NCBI GenBank assembly: GCA_047150005.1
Contig: AP038806.1
Span: 672,001-736,000, forward strand
Reading direction: 5' to 3'
Origin: Nitrospira sp.
GTDB taxonomy: Bacteria; Nitrospirota; Nitrospiria; Nitrospirales; Nitrospiraceae
DNA: 64,000 nucleotides
The position numbers and the translations under genes are program-made. This document shows positions 39,827 to 49,933 of the stretch, piece after piece. Under the pieces are notes generated by a model, which had not been told where the DNA came from, searched no databases, and worked only from the letters and a program-made list of their open reading frames with translations. How positions within the stretch are numbered: position 1 is the first letter of the stretch; each line of letters opens with the position of its first letter.

Positions 39827-40279
39827 CTAATTCTTGCGAGGTGATGAACCCGACACCATGGGATCGGTCACGTGCTCGGGGCCCATGGGATCCGTGACCA
39901 TCCCGATCTTCTCAATCCCCGCCTTTTTCACACCGTCCATGACCAACACGACTACCCCGTACGGCACGTCACGGTCGGCCCGCAAATACAATGATACGTC
40001 GGGATGATCCTGTTTCAATAATTTCAGTTTTTGCTCCAACTGCGCTACTCCCACCGCGTCCTTGTCGAGATAGAGTCGCTGGTCCTTTTCGATGGTCAGA
40101 ACCTTCCGCATCTCGGGCTTGATGGTGTTCGTGGCGGAAGTCGGCAACTTGATATCCATGCCGCGATACAGCATCGGAGCGGTGACCATGAAGATCACGA
40201 GCAGGACCAACACGACGTCGACCAGCGGAATCACGTTGATCTCCGCCATGAAGCGCCGCTGTCGTGATTCAAACATCAT
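39827..40279 (-). CDS. tolR: TolR/ExbD
   Basis: EINVIPLVDVVLVLLVIFMVTAP; LRADRDVPYG. Confidence 0.92.
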   Translation of the reverse strand: MMFESRQRRFMAEINVIPLVDVVLVLLVIFMVTAPMLYRGMDIKLPTSATNTIKPEMRKVLTIEKDQRLYLDKDAVGVAQLEQKLKLLKQDHPDVSLYLRADRDVPYGVVVLVMDGVKKAGIEKIGMVTDPMGPEHVTDPMVSGSSPRKN

Positions 40280-40974
40280 CGCTGAGCCCCCACAGGAACC
40301 GGCGCGGATTTCGGAGCGGGAGAAGGCACGGCACCCAACAACTCAATCGTCACGGTGTCGAGGCGAAAAGCCGTGCGCCTGATGCGCGTCAGGAAATAGT
40401 TGTAGGCGATGACCGCGGGGATCGCGGTGAACAGGCCGGCCGCCGTCGCGATGAGGGCTTCCGATACCCCGGGCGCCACCGCGGCAATACTGGCGGTTCC
40501 TTGCGATCCGATCTCACGAAATGCATCGATGATACCCATAACCGTTCCCAACAATCCCACGAACGGGGTGATGTTGCCCGTGGTCGCGAGAAACGGCAGT
40601 GCCGATTCGAGCTTGGAGAGTTGACTTTGAGACAGATGCGCCGCGCTGCGCTCGACCAGGTGCCGGTCGATGGGCGCGGACCCGTCTTGACCATCTGCGC
40701 GAGCACCGGCCAAGCGATCCATCACCCCTTCGAAAACGGCCGCCGAAGGGCTGCCCGGCAAATGGCGAACCTGGCGGTAGAGTTCGTTCAAGTCACGGGA
40801 CTTGGCCAGAAGATTCATGAAGTGTTTGTCCCCGCGGTCCGCCGAACGAAACGCGCGCCACTTCGCAAAGATGATGGCCCATGAGATGACGGAAAACACG
40901 AACAGCAGCAACAGGACGACTTTGGAGACCGTCCCGAGCGTGCCGACTAACCCTGTCAATCCCGCTTGAAACAT
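40276..40974 (-). CDS. tolQ: TolQ/ExbB
   Basis: PFVGLLGTVMGI; VAPGVSEALIATAAGLF.AIPAV.AYN. Confidence 0.93.
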   Translation of the reverse strand: MFQAGLTGLVGTLGTVSKVVLLLLFVFSVISWAIIFAKWRAFRSADRGDKHFMNLLAKSRDLNELYRQVRHLPGSPSAAVFEGVMDRLAGARADGQDGSAPIDRHLVERSAAHLSQSQLSKLESALPFLATTGNITPFVGLLGTVMGIIDAFREIGSQGTASIAAVAPGVSEALIATAAGLFTAIPAVIAYNYFLTRIRRTAFRLDTVTIELLGAVPSPAPKSAPVPVGAQR

Positions 40975-41138
40975 GTGCCTATACCTTTCCTGAACCGGGG
41001 TCTGTTCACCGACCCGCGTACGGATTGTCGCAGTTGCCGGGGATCGCTCGGAGGCCGGAGGGATTGCGCCGGATCGAACTCAACGAATAGCCTGTCCCAG
41101 GCGCACCCTCCTCAACACACACAGGCTGACTCAAAAAA

Positions 41139-41216
41139 TGGCGGGGCCGACGGGATTTGAACCCGCGACCTCCAGATTGACAATCTGGCGTCCTAACCAG
41201 GCTGAACGACGGCCCC
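41139..41216 (-). tRNA. tRNA-Asp(GTC)
   Basis: Cloverleaf GGGGCCG...CCAGA-TTGTCAA-TCTGG...GGTTCAAATCC...CGGCCCC-G-CCA. Confidence 0.96.
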
Positions 41217-41339
41217 ACGTGACTCTACTGATGGCGGAAGATCTGACTGACAAGACTATTTGTAGCGGTTGGTCCGATCAACAGTTTTTATTGTTACTGC
41301 ATTCTTCGTCTCGTGCCTCACCCGCAACCGCCCCAATAC

Positions 41340-41415
41340 TGGTAGGCGGAACAGGGATCGAACCTGTGGCCTCTGCCTTGTAAGGGCAGCGCTCTTCCAA
41401 CTGAGCTATCCGCCC
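41340..41415 (-). tRNA. tRNA-Val(TAC)
   Basis: GGGCGGA-TAGCTCAGTTGGAAGAGC...CTGCC-CTTACAA-GGCAG...GGTTCGATCC...TCCGCCT-A-CCA. Confidence 0.96.
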
Positions 41416-41437
41416 GATTTTTCTAGCAAGCTGGCGA

Positions 41438-41466
41438 ATGCTACCAAGTCCATTCACTCTTGTCAA
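41438..41466 (-). promoter_or_regulatory. Sigma70 promoter of the tRNA-Val/tRNA-Asp operon
   Basis: Minus strand TTGACA-N17-TAGCAT, 22 nt upstream of tRNA-Val. Confidence 0.75.
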
Positions 41467-41561
41467 CCACATCGCGCACTCTTCTTGCAGTCTCCTGTTG
41501 CAGTCTCGAAACCGTCCAAATCACGCGTTCCGAGAAATCTCTAGAAGGTCATCCGGACTCC

Positions 41562-42476
41562 TCAGCGCCGACGCGGGAAGTATCGTGTATGCACGGCCTT
41601 GAGCCGTTCCCGCTCCACGTGCGTGTAGATCTGGGTCGTCGCGATATTCGCGTGTCCGAGAAATGCTTGAACGGCCCGCAGATCCGCGCCGCCTTCGAGC
41701 AAATGCGTGGCGAAGGAGTGCCGGAGGACGTGCGGCGAGACCGCATGGAAAATGCCCGCCCGTCTCGCCCGGAGCTTCAGCATCTTCCAGAACGCCTGCC
41801 GGGTCATCGCCCCGCCGCGCCGCGACACGAACAGGTGACGGGATGTGCGCCTCTTGAGCAATCGTGGGCGCACATCCTCCACATACTGCTGCAGCAGCCG
41901 GCGCGCTGTCTCTCCCATCGGCACCAGCCGCTGTTTCGACCCTTTGCCCATCACCCGCAGACACCCCACCGCCAAATCGACCTGCGCCGTTTCGATCTTC
42001 ATCAATTCCGTCACACGGAGTCCGGTGGCATACAGCATTTCCGTCATCGTTCGATCGCGCGCATCTTCCAGGCTGGGCTGCGGAGATAAATCGAGCAACG
42101 CCGTCACCTCGCCCCGCGAGAGCGTTCGAGGCAAGCGCAGTCCGCGACGACCGACGGCGACGCCGGCGGCGGGATCATGGTCGATCAGTCGTTCCACTCG
42201 AAGAAACCGGAGCCATCCCCGCACCGCCGAGAGGCAGCGAGCCGACGACGGAGAGGAGAGCTTGGCCGCCCTGAGCGCTGCGAGGAACTTCCGCAGACTC
42301 GCCGAGGTCACGTGCTCCAACGACGGGGCGCCCTCGCGTTCGAGGTATAATTGAAATTTCGACAGGTCGCGCCGGTAGGCGTCGATCGTATTGCGCGCCA
42401 ATCCTCCCTCGATCCGAAGATGGTTCAGATATTGCTCGACCAATGGATCGGTCGTCATAACGTTGATGATAGCCAA
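41562..42476 (-). CDS. xerD: Tyrosine recombinase XerD
   Basis: GLARNTIDAYRRDL, LYATGLRVTEL, GKGSKQRLVP, MTRQAFW, SPHVLRHSFATHLL, LGHA...TTQIYTHV. Confidence 0.93.
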   Translation of the reverse strand: MAIINVMTTDPLVEQYLNHLRIEGGLARNTIDAYRRDLSKFQLYLEREGAPSLEHVTSASLRKFLAALRAAKLSSPSSARCLSAVRGWLRFLRVERLIDHDPAAGVAVGRRGLRLPRTLSRGEVTALLDLSPQPSLEDARDRTMTEMLYATGLRVTELMKIETAQVDLAVGCLRVMGKGSKQRLVPMGETARRLLQQYVEDVRPRLLKRRTSRHLFVSRRGGAMTRQAFWKMLKLRARRAGIFHAVSPHVLRHSFATHLLEGGADLRAVQAFLGHANIATTQIYTHVERERLKAVHTRYFPRRR

Positions 42477-42516
42477 TGGTCGGACTTTTTGACAGTGGAA
42501 CCGACAGCGGACAACC

Positions 42517-44619
42517 TTGACACCCCACAGGGTTTCCGATAGTAGTCAGTTTTTACCGGAATCAGATCCCTGTAGTCCGCAACCGACCGTGAGTCTCCGA
42601 CCTTTTCACGCATGGCTCTGTTCCCTCGTCGAGATGATCGCCGCATCCGGCGGCGGAGCGCGACGGGTGTTCTGCTGCGCCGCGCTGCTGGCAAGTGTGT
42701 GTATGTACGCGACCGCCCTGTCCGCACCGGCCGGGAAGGTGCCAGCCGGGAAATCCGAATCCGCCAAGGCTGAACCCGGCAAAAACGCGCCGGCAAATCA
42801 CCCGACCCTGAATCAGGCCAAGCGACTGATTGATCAAGGACAGGCGGAGGAAGCCGTCACGCTGCTTCGGCGGTTCCTCGCCACCTCGCCGAAACCGGAT
42901 CTCCTCGACGACACGTATCTGTTGCTCGCCGCCGCATTGTACGGCTCACAGCAATATGCCGAGAGTCTGAAGTACCTGCAGCAATTGCAGACGGAATTTC
43001 CCAATTCCGAGGTGAGCGATCGAGGAAAGCTGCTGCTCGCCAGGACCCATGCGGCCATGGGGAATCCCGATCTTGCGTTTCCCATTCTGACGGGAATCCG
43101 CACCCTGTCGCAGGACGAGACCGCGAAACGCGAGGCGGTGCACATCAGCGGAGAGCTGTATCTCCAGAAGAAAGAGTATTCCCGCGCCATCCAAGCTTGG
43201 CTGGAGGAGATTGCGCTGAGCACGGACGAACAGGCGGAAGAAATCCGTGGCCAGATCCGCGCCGTGATCAACGAGTCATTCGACAAGAAGGCGCTCGAGC
43301 GGATCCGGGAAGCCTATCCGAAGAGCTTTCCCGGCGACCTGGCTTCGATCCGGCTGATCGAACTGTATCTGAGCCGTGGAGAGGACCATCAGGCCGCCAG
43401 GCAAATTCAGCAGTTCCTCGTCCATTTCCCCGCCCATCCCTATGGCGCGAAAGCAACCGACCAGCTCGCTTCGCTGCAGACCAAGCTGAAATCGCATCAG
43501 TTCTTGATCGCAGCCGTCCTCCCGCTTTCGGGCAAGCTGGCCCCGTTCTCGAATGAGGTCTTGAGCGGGATCGAACTGGCGGTGACATTGAACGGCGTGC
43601 GTGCGGGGGGACCGTCGGTGGGGTTGTTGGTCAAGGATCCCGAGGCCGAGCGTGGATCGTTCATCGACGATCTCGGTTCGGTACTGGCGAACGACCGGCC
43701 GATCGCGGTCATCGGGCCGCTCCTCTCGAAAAATCTTCCGGTCATGGCCGAATTGGCGGAACGCGCGCACATCCCCCTGCTGACCCCGACGGCCACGCTT
43801 CCCAATGTCCGGCGCCTCGGCAGCTATACCTTCAGCACGGCGCTGACCTATCAGCTGCAGGCCAAACGCATCGCCGCCTACGCGGTGGGCGAGCAGGGAT
43901 TCCGCCGCTTCTGCATCCTGCATCCGGACACGGCGTACGGGCGCGAACTCGCCCGCTGGTTCGCACAGGAGGTCCACGCGCACGACGGCGAGATCATCGC
44001 GATCGAATCGTACAAGGAGGGTGAGAGCGACCTCGGCCCCCAGCTCAAGCGGATGAAGGCCGAGGACCTCAAGAAATACGGGCTCTCAGTCCCCGTGGAT
44101 CAGGCGAAACTCGGAGGCAAGTCCACGAAGATGGACAAGAAAGTCCTCTATACGCCGGGGTTCGACGCCATCTATATTCCAGGGCGGGCTGCGGACGTGG
44201 GGCTCATCGCCGCACAATTGAATTTTCACGACATGAGGGTCCCGTTTCTCGGCAGCAACGGGTGGAACGTGTCGGACTTCGCCCGGACCGCCGATCAATC
44301 GATCGACGGATCCGTGTTTGTGGACGGTTTTTTTGTCGACAGCCCTAATCCGAACGTTCAGGAGTTCGTCGAGCACTACAAGAAGCGGTTTCAGACGAAC
44401 CCGACCCTCTTCGCCATGCAAGGGTACGATGCCGCGCGGTTCGTCCTCGAGGCCCTCAGAAAAGGCGCGGCCTCCGGCGAGGCGGTGAAGGATTTCCTGG
44501 TGTCGCAACCGGACCTTCCCGCGCTGGGAGGGCCGGCCGCCTTTCTGGCCGACGGCTCGCTCAATCGACCGCTCTTTCTCATTCAGGTCAAGCGCGGTCG
44601 TTTCGTGCAGGTGGACTAG
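42517..44619 (+). CDS. Penicillin-binding protein activator LpoA/LppC-like (TPR plus periplasmic binding fold)
   Basis: N-terminal TPRs; AVLPLSG; VIGPLLS; PBP type-1 fold; GYDAA. True start probably near 42635. Confidence 0.75.
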   Translation: MTPHRVSDSSQFLPESDPCSPQPTVSLRPFHAWLCSLVEMIAASGGGARRVFCCAALLASVCMYATALSAPAGKVPAGKSESAKAEPGKNAPANHPTLNQAKRLIDQGQAEEAVTLLRRFLATSPKPDLLDDTYLLLAAALYGSQQYAESLKYLQQLQTEFPNSEVSDRGKLLLARTHAAMGNPDLAFPILTGIRTLSQDETAKREAVHISGELYLQKKEYSRAIQAWLEEIALSTDEQAEEIRGQIRAVINESFDKKALERIREAYPKSFPGDLASIRLIELYLSRGEDHQAARQIQQFLVHFPAHPYGAKATDQLASLQTKLKSHQFLIAAVLPLSGKLAPFSNEVLSGIELAVTLNGVRAGGPSVGLLVKDPEAERGSFIDDLGSVLANDRPIAVIGPLLSKNLPVMAELAERAHIPLLTPTATLPNVRRLGSYTFSTALTYQLQAKRIAAYAVGEQGFRRFCILHPDTAYGRELARWFAQEVHAHDGEIIAIESYKEGESDLGPQLKRMKAEDLKKYGLSVPVDQAKLGGKSTKMDKKVLYTPGFDAIYIPGRAADVGLIAAQLNFHDMRVPFLGSNGWNVSDFARTADQSIDGSVFVDGFFVDSPNPNVQEFVEHYKKRFQTNPTLFAMQGYDAARFVLEALRKGAASGEAVKDFLVSQPDLPALGGPAAFLADGSLNRPLFLIQVKRGRFVQVD

Positions 44620-44664
44620 ACAGGCGGGCTAGAATAGAGCGAACAGGACGGCTGACTCGTCGAC

Positions 44665-45411
44665 ATGAACGGCATCGGCAATATTCTCTATCAGATTTCG
44701 TACATGGGACTCCCCCTGCTGTTCGCCATGGTGCTGCACGAGTACGCGCACGGATGGATGGCGGACAAATGCGGGGATCCTACGGCCAAACTCCAGGGGC
44801 GACTGACCTTGAATCCATTGGCGCACATCGATCCATTCGGAACGATCCTCATGCCGTTGCTCTGTCTGATGCTGCCCGGCAGCTTTCTGCTCGGGTGGGC
44901 CAAACCGGTGCCGATCGACCCCAGAAACATGACCCATCCTCGGCGTGACATGGCCCTTGTAGCTGCGGCCGGACCGGGAATGAATCTCGCGTTGGCCGTC
45001 GTCAGCGCACTGGCTCTCGCCGCGATCTTGACTATTGATCCCGGCCTCTCCATCCGCGGGGCGTCCGGCACAGCCGATGCGCCGAGTCCGTCGATCAATT
45101 CGGTGTTCCTGCTGCCCGTCGCGGTCATGGCATTTTACTCGGTGTTCATCAACGTATTCCTCGGCCTCTTCAACTTGATTCCGATCCCCCCGCTCGACGG
45201 GGGACGCATTCTCGTCAGTCTGCTGCCGCCTCAGCCGGCCATGACGCTGGCTCGCCTGGAGCCGTACGGCATGTTGATTCTGGTCGGGCTGCTGGTGTTC
45301 GATAAAGAGCTCCGAGTCATCCATACGATTTCGAGCGTCTTCGCAACCGGCCTCTCAGGAACGTTGCTCTCAACCGCCCTGGACCTCAGCACAGGAGGAT
45401 CCGCTCAATGA
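44665..45411 (+). CDS. Site-2 protease (M50)
   Basis: HEYAH, GDPTAK..GRLTLNP, AAGP..N, FNLIPIPPLDGG. Confidence 0.93.
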   Translation: MNGIGNILYQISYMGLPLLFAMVLHEYAHGWMADKCGDPTAKLQGRLTLNPLAHIDPFGTILMPLLCLMLPGSFLLGWAKPVPIDPRNMTHPRRDMALVAAAGPGMNLALAVVSALALAAILTIDPGLSIRGASGTADAPSPSINSVFLLPVAVMAFYSVFINVFLGLFNLIPIPPLDGGRILVSLLPPQPAMTLARLEPYGMLILVGLLVFDKELRVIHTISSVFATGLSGTLLSTALDLSTGGSAQ

Positions 45412-46394
45412 CCGGCAGGAAACGGGTGCTCAGCGGCATGCAGCCGAGCGGATTGCTGCACCTGGGGAATTACCTCGGCGCCCTGGAAAACTGGAAAGCC
45501 CTGCAAGACCAACACGAGTGCTATTTCTTCGTCGCCGATTGGCACGCCCTCTCGTCCAACTACGCGGACACCAGCCGGATCCGTGAATTCGTGCGCGAAT
45601 TGCTGATCGATTGGCTTGCGGCCGGGATCGATCCGGTCCGCTCCACGGTCTTCATCCAGTCACGAATACCCGAGCACGCCGTGCTGCATCTCCTCTTCTC
45701 GATGATCATCCCGGTGTCCTGGCTCGAACGAAATCCGACTTACAAGGAGAAACAGGAAGAAATCAAGGAGAAGGATCTCAGTACGTACGGCTTTCTCGGC
45801 TATCCGGTGCTTCAGGCCGCCGATATCTTATTGTACAAACCGGACTTCGTGCCGGTCGGTAAGGACCAGCTTCCCCATCTGGAACTGACGCGCGAATTGG
45901 CCAGGCGATTCAACAGTCTGTATCGTCCGGTGTTCCCGGAGCCGATGGAGCATCTGACCAAGTTTCCCAAAGTGCTGGGCACCGACGGCCGAAAGATGAG
46001 CAAGAGCTACGGCAACACCATCAATCTTTCAGACACCGAGCCTGTCGTACGCCAGAAATTAAAGACGATGATGACCGACCCGGCCCGCGTCCGGCGTCAT
46101 GATCCTGGCAATCCCGACGTGTGCCCGGTCTACGACTTCCACAAGATCTTTTCGCCCCTTCCGGTCATCCAACAGATCAACCGAGAATGCCGTACGGCTG
46201 CGATCGGCTGCATTGATTGCAAGAAACTCGTGGCCGACCGGTTGGTCGAACGGCTGACCCCCATCTGGGAAGCCCGTGCCGCCCTGACGAAAGAACCGTC
46301 ACGGCTCGAGGAGATCGTGGAAGAAGGAAGCCGCAAGGCCGGCGAGGTCGCCAAGGCCACGCTGCACGACGCGACCGAAGCCATGCGGATCTAG
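45408..46394 (+). CDS. trpS: Tryptophan--tRNA ligase
   Basis: SGMQPSG.LHLGN, YPVLQAADIL, PVGKDQ, KMSKS. Confidence 0.97.
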   Translation: MTGRKRVLSGMQPSGLLHLGNYLGALENWKALQDQHECYFFVADWHALSSNYADTSRIREFVRELLIDWLAAGIDPVRSTVFIQSRIPEHAVLHLLFSMIIPVSWLERNPTYKEKQEEIKEKDLSTYGFLGYPVLQAADILLYKPDFVPVGKDQLPHLELTRELARRFNSLYRPVFPEPMEHLTKFPKVLGTDGRKMSKSYGNTINLSDTEPVVRQKLKTMMTDPARVRRHDPGNPDVCPVYDFHKIFSPLPVIQQINRECRTAAIGCIDCKKLVADRLVERLTPIWEARAALTKEPSRLEEIVEEGSRKAGEVAKATLHDATEAMRI

Positions 46395-46400
46395 TCCGCC

Positions 46401-46763
46401 ATGACGGCGCCCACGCTGCTATCCTATACAATCCAGACCGTTGCGCTTTTCTCGTCGCGACGCCGGACCGTTGGGATTATCGTGCTGGTTGGTCTGCTGG
46501 GTTGCATCGCCCGCGGCGGCCAGGCGGCCGATCCTCCTTGCGATCGATATCCGCCGGCCAAACAAGTCCGTTGCGCCGAAATCTGGAAAGCGCTGAATCA
46601 GGAGGACGGGTCGTCCATCGCGCAATTTGGATTGGAGCAGCAACGGCGCCGTGACGCGGGACAGATCACGGCGGAGCAACATCTGGCTCAGAACATGGAG
46701 TTCATCAAACACTCGACCGAGCGGCGATTGGAACGGCTCAAAGAGCGGATGGCGAAAGAGTAG
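46401..46763 (+). CDS. Hypothetical exported protein
   Basis: Hydrophobic signal segment, two Cys residues, helical C-terminus. Confidence 0.55.
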   Translation: MTAPTLLSYTIQTVALFSSRRRTVGIIVLVGLLGCIARGGQAADPPCDRYPPAKQVRCAEIWKALNQEDGSSIAQFGLEQQRRRDAGQITAEQHLAQNMEFIKHSTERRLERLKERMAKE

Positions 46764-46766
46764 CCG

Positions 46767-47264
46767 TCATAGATCCTCGGGTTTTTGGGTTTCCATCATT
46801 CGGCCAGCCGTATCGAGCAGCTCCCGGCTCACGATGATCGGCGCGTTGAAGTGAATGGCGAGCGCGATCGAATCCGAAGAGCGGCTGTCGAATACTTTCG
46901 TGTCCCCTCGGACGGCCACCGTCAGCGCCCCGTAGTACGTGCCCCCTTTCAAGGTGATGATCGTCTGCGTGACCGTCCCTCCGTAAGCCTCAAGAATCGT
47001 GTGCATCAGGTCATGCGTCAGGGGTCGGGCCAGCTTTTCGCGATTGAGCGCTCCCTGAATCGACAAGGCCACCGTCAAATCGACGAATATCGGAATGGCC
47101 TTTCCTTCGGCCTGCAACAGCACGACCGGTCCGTGATCGGACAGGCGGACCTTGACATCAGTAATCTTGACCGGCTCGGACGATTTCGACGGGGCCTCTT
47201 CCGCAAGACCGATGGACCAGCCGGCGACTACCAATAAGAGGGCGAACAGAATACCTCTGATCAT
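46767..47264 (-). CDS. Bifunctional nuclease family (DUF151) protein with N-terminal signal peptide
   Basis: PVVLL...IPIFV...A.SI...RPLTHDL...TYY..L...DSRSSDSIALA...API. Strong RBS GGAGGAGG before ATG 47264. Confidence 0.8.
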   Translation of the reverse strand: MIRGILFALLLVVAGWSIGLAEEAPSKSSEPVKITDVKVRLSDHGPVVLLQAEGKAIPIFVDLTVALSIQGALNREKLARPLTHDLMHTILEAYGGTVTQTIITLKGGTYYGALTVAVRGDTKVFDSRSSDSIALAIHFNAPIIVSRELLDTAGRMMETQKPEDL

Positions 47265-47421
47265 TGGACACCTCCTCCACCCGAAGCTGAACATTCGTCA
47301 TCTGATCCGTCGGCCTTCGACAGGGCGAGACGCTTTCCCAGAATCGAGCTCGGCTCATGATCACGCGCGACCCGTGAGGTGAGCCGCTATGACTTGGAGT
47401 TCGCCCGCCCCTGCCGACCGG

Positions 47422-48078
47422 TCACGGACGGATAAACTGGTTGGACTCCTTTTCCCAGCCGATTTCGGTCTCCGTTCCGTGCCCAGTCACCACGATCGTC
47501 CCCTCATCCAACGTATACAGCCGCTCGCGAATGGACCGTTCGATGCTGTCGAAATCTCCACCCCAGAGGTCCGTTCGTCCGATACTGCCGCGGAACAATG
47601 TGTCGCCGGCCAGCACGATCTTCTGATCCGGCAAATGAAAGCTCATGGATCCCGGCGTATGGCCGGGTGTATGGAGGGCGACCATCGTCTCGGCTCCGAA
47701 TGAGATCTTCTCCTCGTCGCGCAGCCAATGATCCGGCAGCGGAACGGCTACATAGGGGACCCCGAACATCCGGCACTGGACGTCGAGCATGGTCCACAGC
47801 TCACGATCGGCCGGGTGCAGACACAGAGCAGCCCCCGTGGCCTTCTTGATCTCGCCGGAAGCGAGAAAATGATCGAAGTGGGCATGTGTATGGAGGATCG
47901 CGGTGACCGATAGCCCCAGCTGCCGGATCTCGCGCAGGATGCGCTCGTGGGCGCCGCCCGGGTCGACGACGAGGGCCTGCCCGGAGACGGGATCCCCGAG
48001 GATGGAACAATTGCATCCGAGGGGCGGCACGGGAAACGTTTTCCGGATAAAATCGGTCATGACGGCGGCGCGCTCCAC
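47422..48078 (-). CDS. MBL-fold metallo-hydrolase (glyoxalase II-like)
   Basis: THAHFDH, HTPGHTPG, GDTLFRGSIGRTD, GHG. Confidence 0.92.
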   Translation of the reverse strand: MERAAVMTDFIRKTFPVPPLGCNCSILGDPVSGQALVVDPGGAHERILREIRQLGLSVTAILHTHAHFDHFLASGEIKKATGAALCLHPADRELWTMLDVQCRMFGVPYVAVPLPDHWLRDEEKISFGAETMVALHTPGHTPGSMSFHLPDQKIVLAGDTLFRGSIGRTDLWGGDFDSIERSIRERLYTLDEGTIVVTGHGTETEIGWEKESNQFIRP

Positions 48079-48211
48079 TCTGCGTCCTTCTCTGATGAGG
48101 ATAGCGTGCGCAAGACCGGAGGGTCAAACCGCGTCGATCGAGAATCCTCATGGACAACCGCCGGTGAAGCATGGATAATCGCCCCCCAAGGAGCACGGCA
48201 AGGAGCATGGA

Positions 48212-48946
48212 GTGATGCGCGACCGCCCTCTCGTTCGGCAGGTGTTGATGACCCTGCTCGCCATCGGCATCGTGACTGCGACCGGCTGCAAGCCGGACGA
48301 TTCGCCGCTGCGGGCGGACAATGACCAACTCAAGAAGCAGCTGGCCAGACAGGAATCCCTCGTGTCGTCGTTGCAGGACGGGAACAAGGTCATGCAGCAG
48401 CAGATCGACCTGCTCAATCAAGAGCTCCGTGACGCGAAAAAGGCCGTGGAGAGCGCGAAAGCCGAAGCCAAGGCGGCGGCCGACCAATTGGACACGCAAT
48501 TGATCCAAGCCAGAAAATTGACGGCCGACATCAAACGGACCGCCGTCGAGCAGGCCGCGCAGAGCATTCACGTCGACACGAGGGGCTCGCAGATGGAAGA
48601 CACGCCGCATGCGTTGAGCACGGTCGCAAAAACCGTGGAGGACGCGTTGGGTCGGAACGGATATCAGGTGAAGGTCAGCGTCAGAACGGAGCAGAAGGCC
48701 GTGTATGTCACCGAGCGCAAGATCTCCAATCCCGTGTCGCTGGAGGTGGCCGGCTTCCGGAATCAATACGTGGTGTCTCTTCAGGCCCAGCCGACCAATC
48801 TTACGCGCCTGACCGTCAAGGCCGATTTCGAGAAACTGGCCCAAGGCGGGCGAATCCTGAGCGTCAGCTCCGAAGAAACCGCCGAGATCGAACGGCGACT
48901 GATCGGCGAGATCAGCAAGGCCCTGGCCGCGCCAAGCAAGACGTAA
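48212..48946 (+). CDS. Hypothetical lipoprotein with coiled coil
   Basis: Lipobox ATGC; coiled coil; C-terminal alpha/beta domain. Confidence 0.7.
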   Translation: MMRDRPLVRQVLMTLLAIGIVTATGCKPDDSPLRADNDQLKKQLARQESLVSSLQDGNKVMQQQIDLLNQELRDAKKAVESAKAEAKAAADQLDTQLIQARKLTADIKRTAVEQAAQSIHVDTRGSQMEDTPHALSTVAKTVEDALGRNGYQVKVSVRTEQKAVYVTERKISNPVSLEVAGFRNQYVVSLQAQPTNLTRLTVKADFEKLAQGGRILSVSSEETAEIERRLIGEISKALAAPSKT

Positions 48947-49851
48947 TGCCTTCTTTCCGGCCCGTCTGTTTCGCAGTCTTCCTTGCGCTGTTCGCGCTTC
49001 CCGCCCTCGCCGCGACAACCACCCCCTCTGCGGAGCTCTCCCGCCACCTCGCCGCAATTGCGGCGCTGGCCGTCCCCTCGCCCACGATCGTGATTCCGGC
49101 CGGTCAGTTTCTGCTCGGCAGCAAGCGGATCGACGACGACCCCTACGGACTCTGGACGCAATTCGACGACACGGAGCTTCCCCAGCAGCGCGTATGGCTC
49201 GATGCGTACGCCATGGATCGGGACGAGGTGAGCCTGGGCGAATATCTCCTCTTTTTGCAGCACCGCAAACAGACCCCCTCCGAAGAATTACAGAAACTGA
49301 TCTGGCACGTCATCACCGTCCATTCCATCTCGGACCATACGTTGAGCCGATGGCCGGCACTCTACGTGACGTGGTACGAGGCCAGAGACCTGTGCAGCTC
49401 CAAGAGGAAGCGTCTGCCGACGGAAGCGGAATGGGAAAAGAGTGCGCGCGGCGTAGACGGGAGCCTGTTCCCGTGGGGATCACAGGCGCCCGACAACCGG
49501 CTTGCGATGTTCGGCCAGCATCATGTTCACGAAATTCCCATTCTCGCCCCGGTTGATTCCCTTGAGGACGGTCGCAGCCCCTACGGCGTCCACCATTCGG
49601 CCGGAAACGTCGCCGAATGGGTGCAGGACTGGTTCGGCTTCGACTATTACGCCTACATGCCGGAGCGCAATCCTCCGGGGCCTGTGAGCGGGCGATACAA
49701 GAGCGTCCGTGGCGGGTCGTGGAAGAGCAAGGCGATCATGCTCCGCACCGCGACACGGGGCGGCGCGCCGCCGGACAATCGCTCACCGACCATCGGCTTT
49801 CGCTGCGCGGCCACTGTTTCGCCTTCAGGGCAACCACCAAACGAAAAGTGA
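48946..49851 (+). CDS. FGE-sulfatase (SUMF1) domain protein
   Basis: IPAGQFLLG, RLPTEAEWEKSARG, GNVAEW..DW, RGGSW, GFRCA. Confidence 0.9.
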   Translation: MPSFRPVCFAVFLALFALPALAATTTPSAELSRHLAAIAALAVPSPTIVIPAGQFLLGSKRIDDDPYGLWTQFDDTELPQQRVWLDAYAMDRDEVSLGEYLLFLQHRKQTPSEELQKLIWHVITVHSISDHTLSRWPALYVTWYEARDLCSSKRKRLPTEAEWEKSARGVDGSLFPWGSQAPDNRLAMFGQHHVHEIPILAPVDSLEDGRSPYGVHHSAGNVAEWVQDWFGFDYYAYMPERNPPGPVSGRYKSVRGGSWKSKAIMLRTATRGGAPPDNRSPTIGFRCAATVSPSGQPPNEK

Positions 49852-49933
49852 CGCTCTGCTTGGCGGACCGCGGTCGCCGTGATAGCCTGGGCTCCGAGTC
49901 GACGCGGATCGACCTCGGCCGCTCTCCTCTATT

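Noticed and set aside
41139..42476. Tyrosine recombinase beside tRNA genes as a prophage or island integrase
   Set aside because: The motifs are those of housekeeping XerD (MTRQAFW, TTQIYTHV), both flanks are core genes, and no duplicated tRNA 3' end (att site) was seen.
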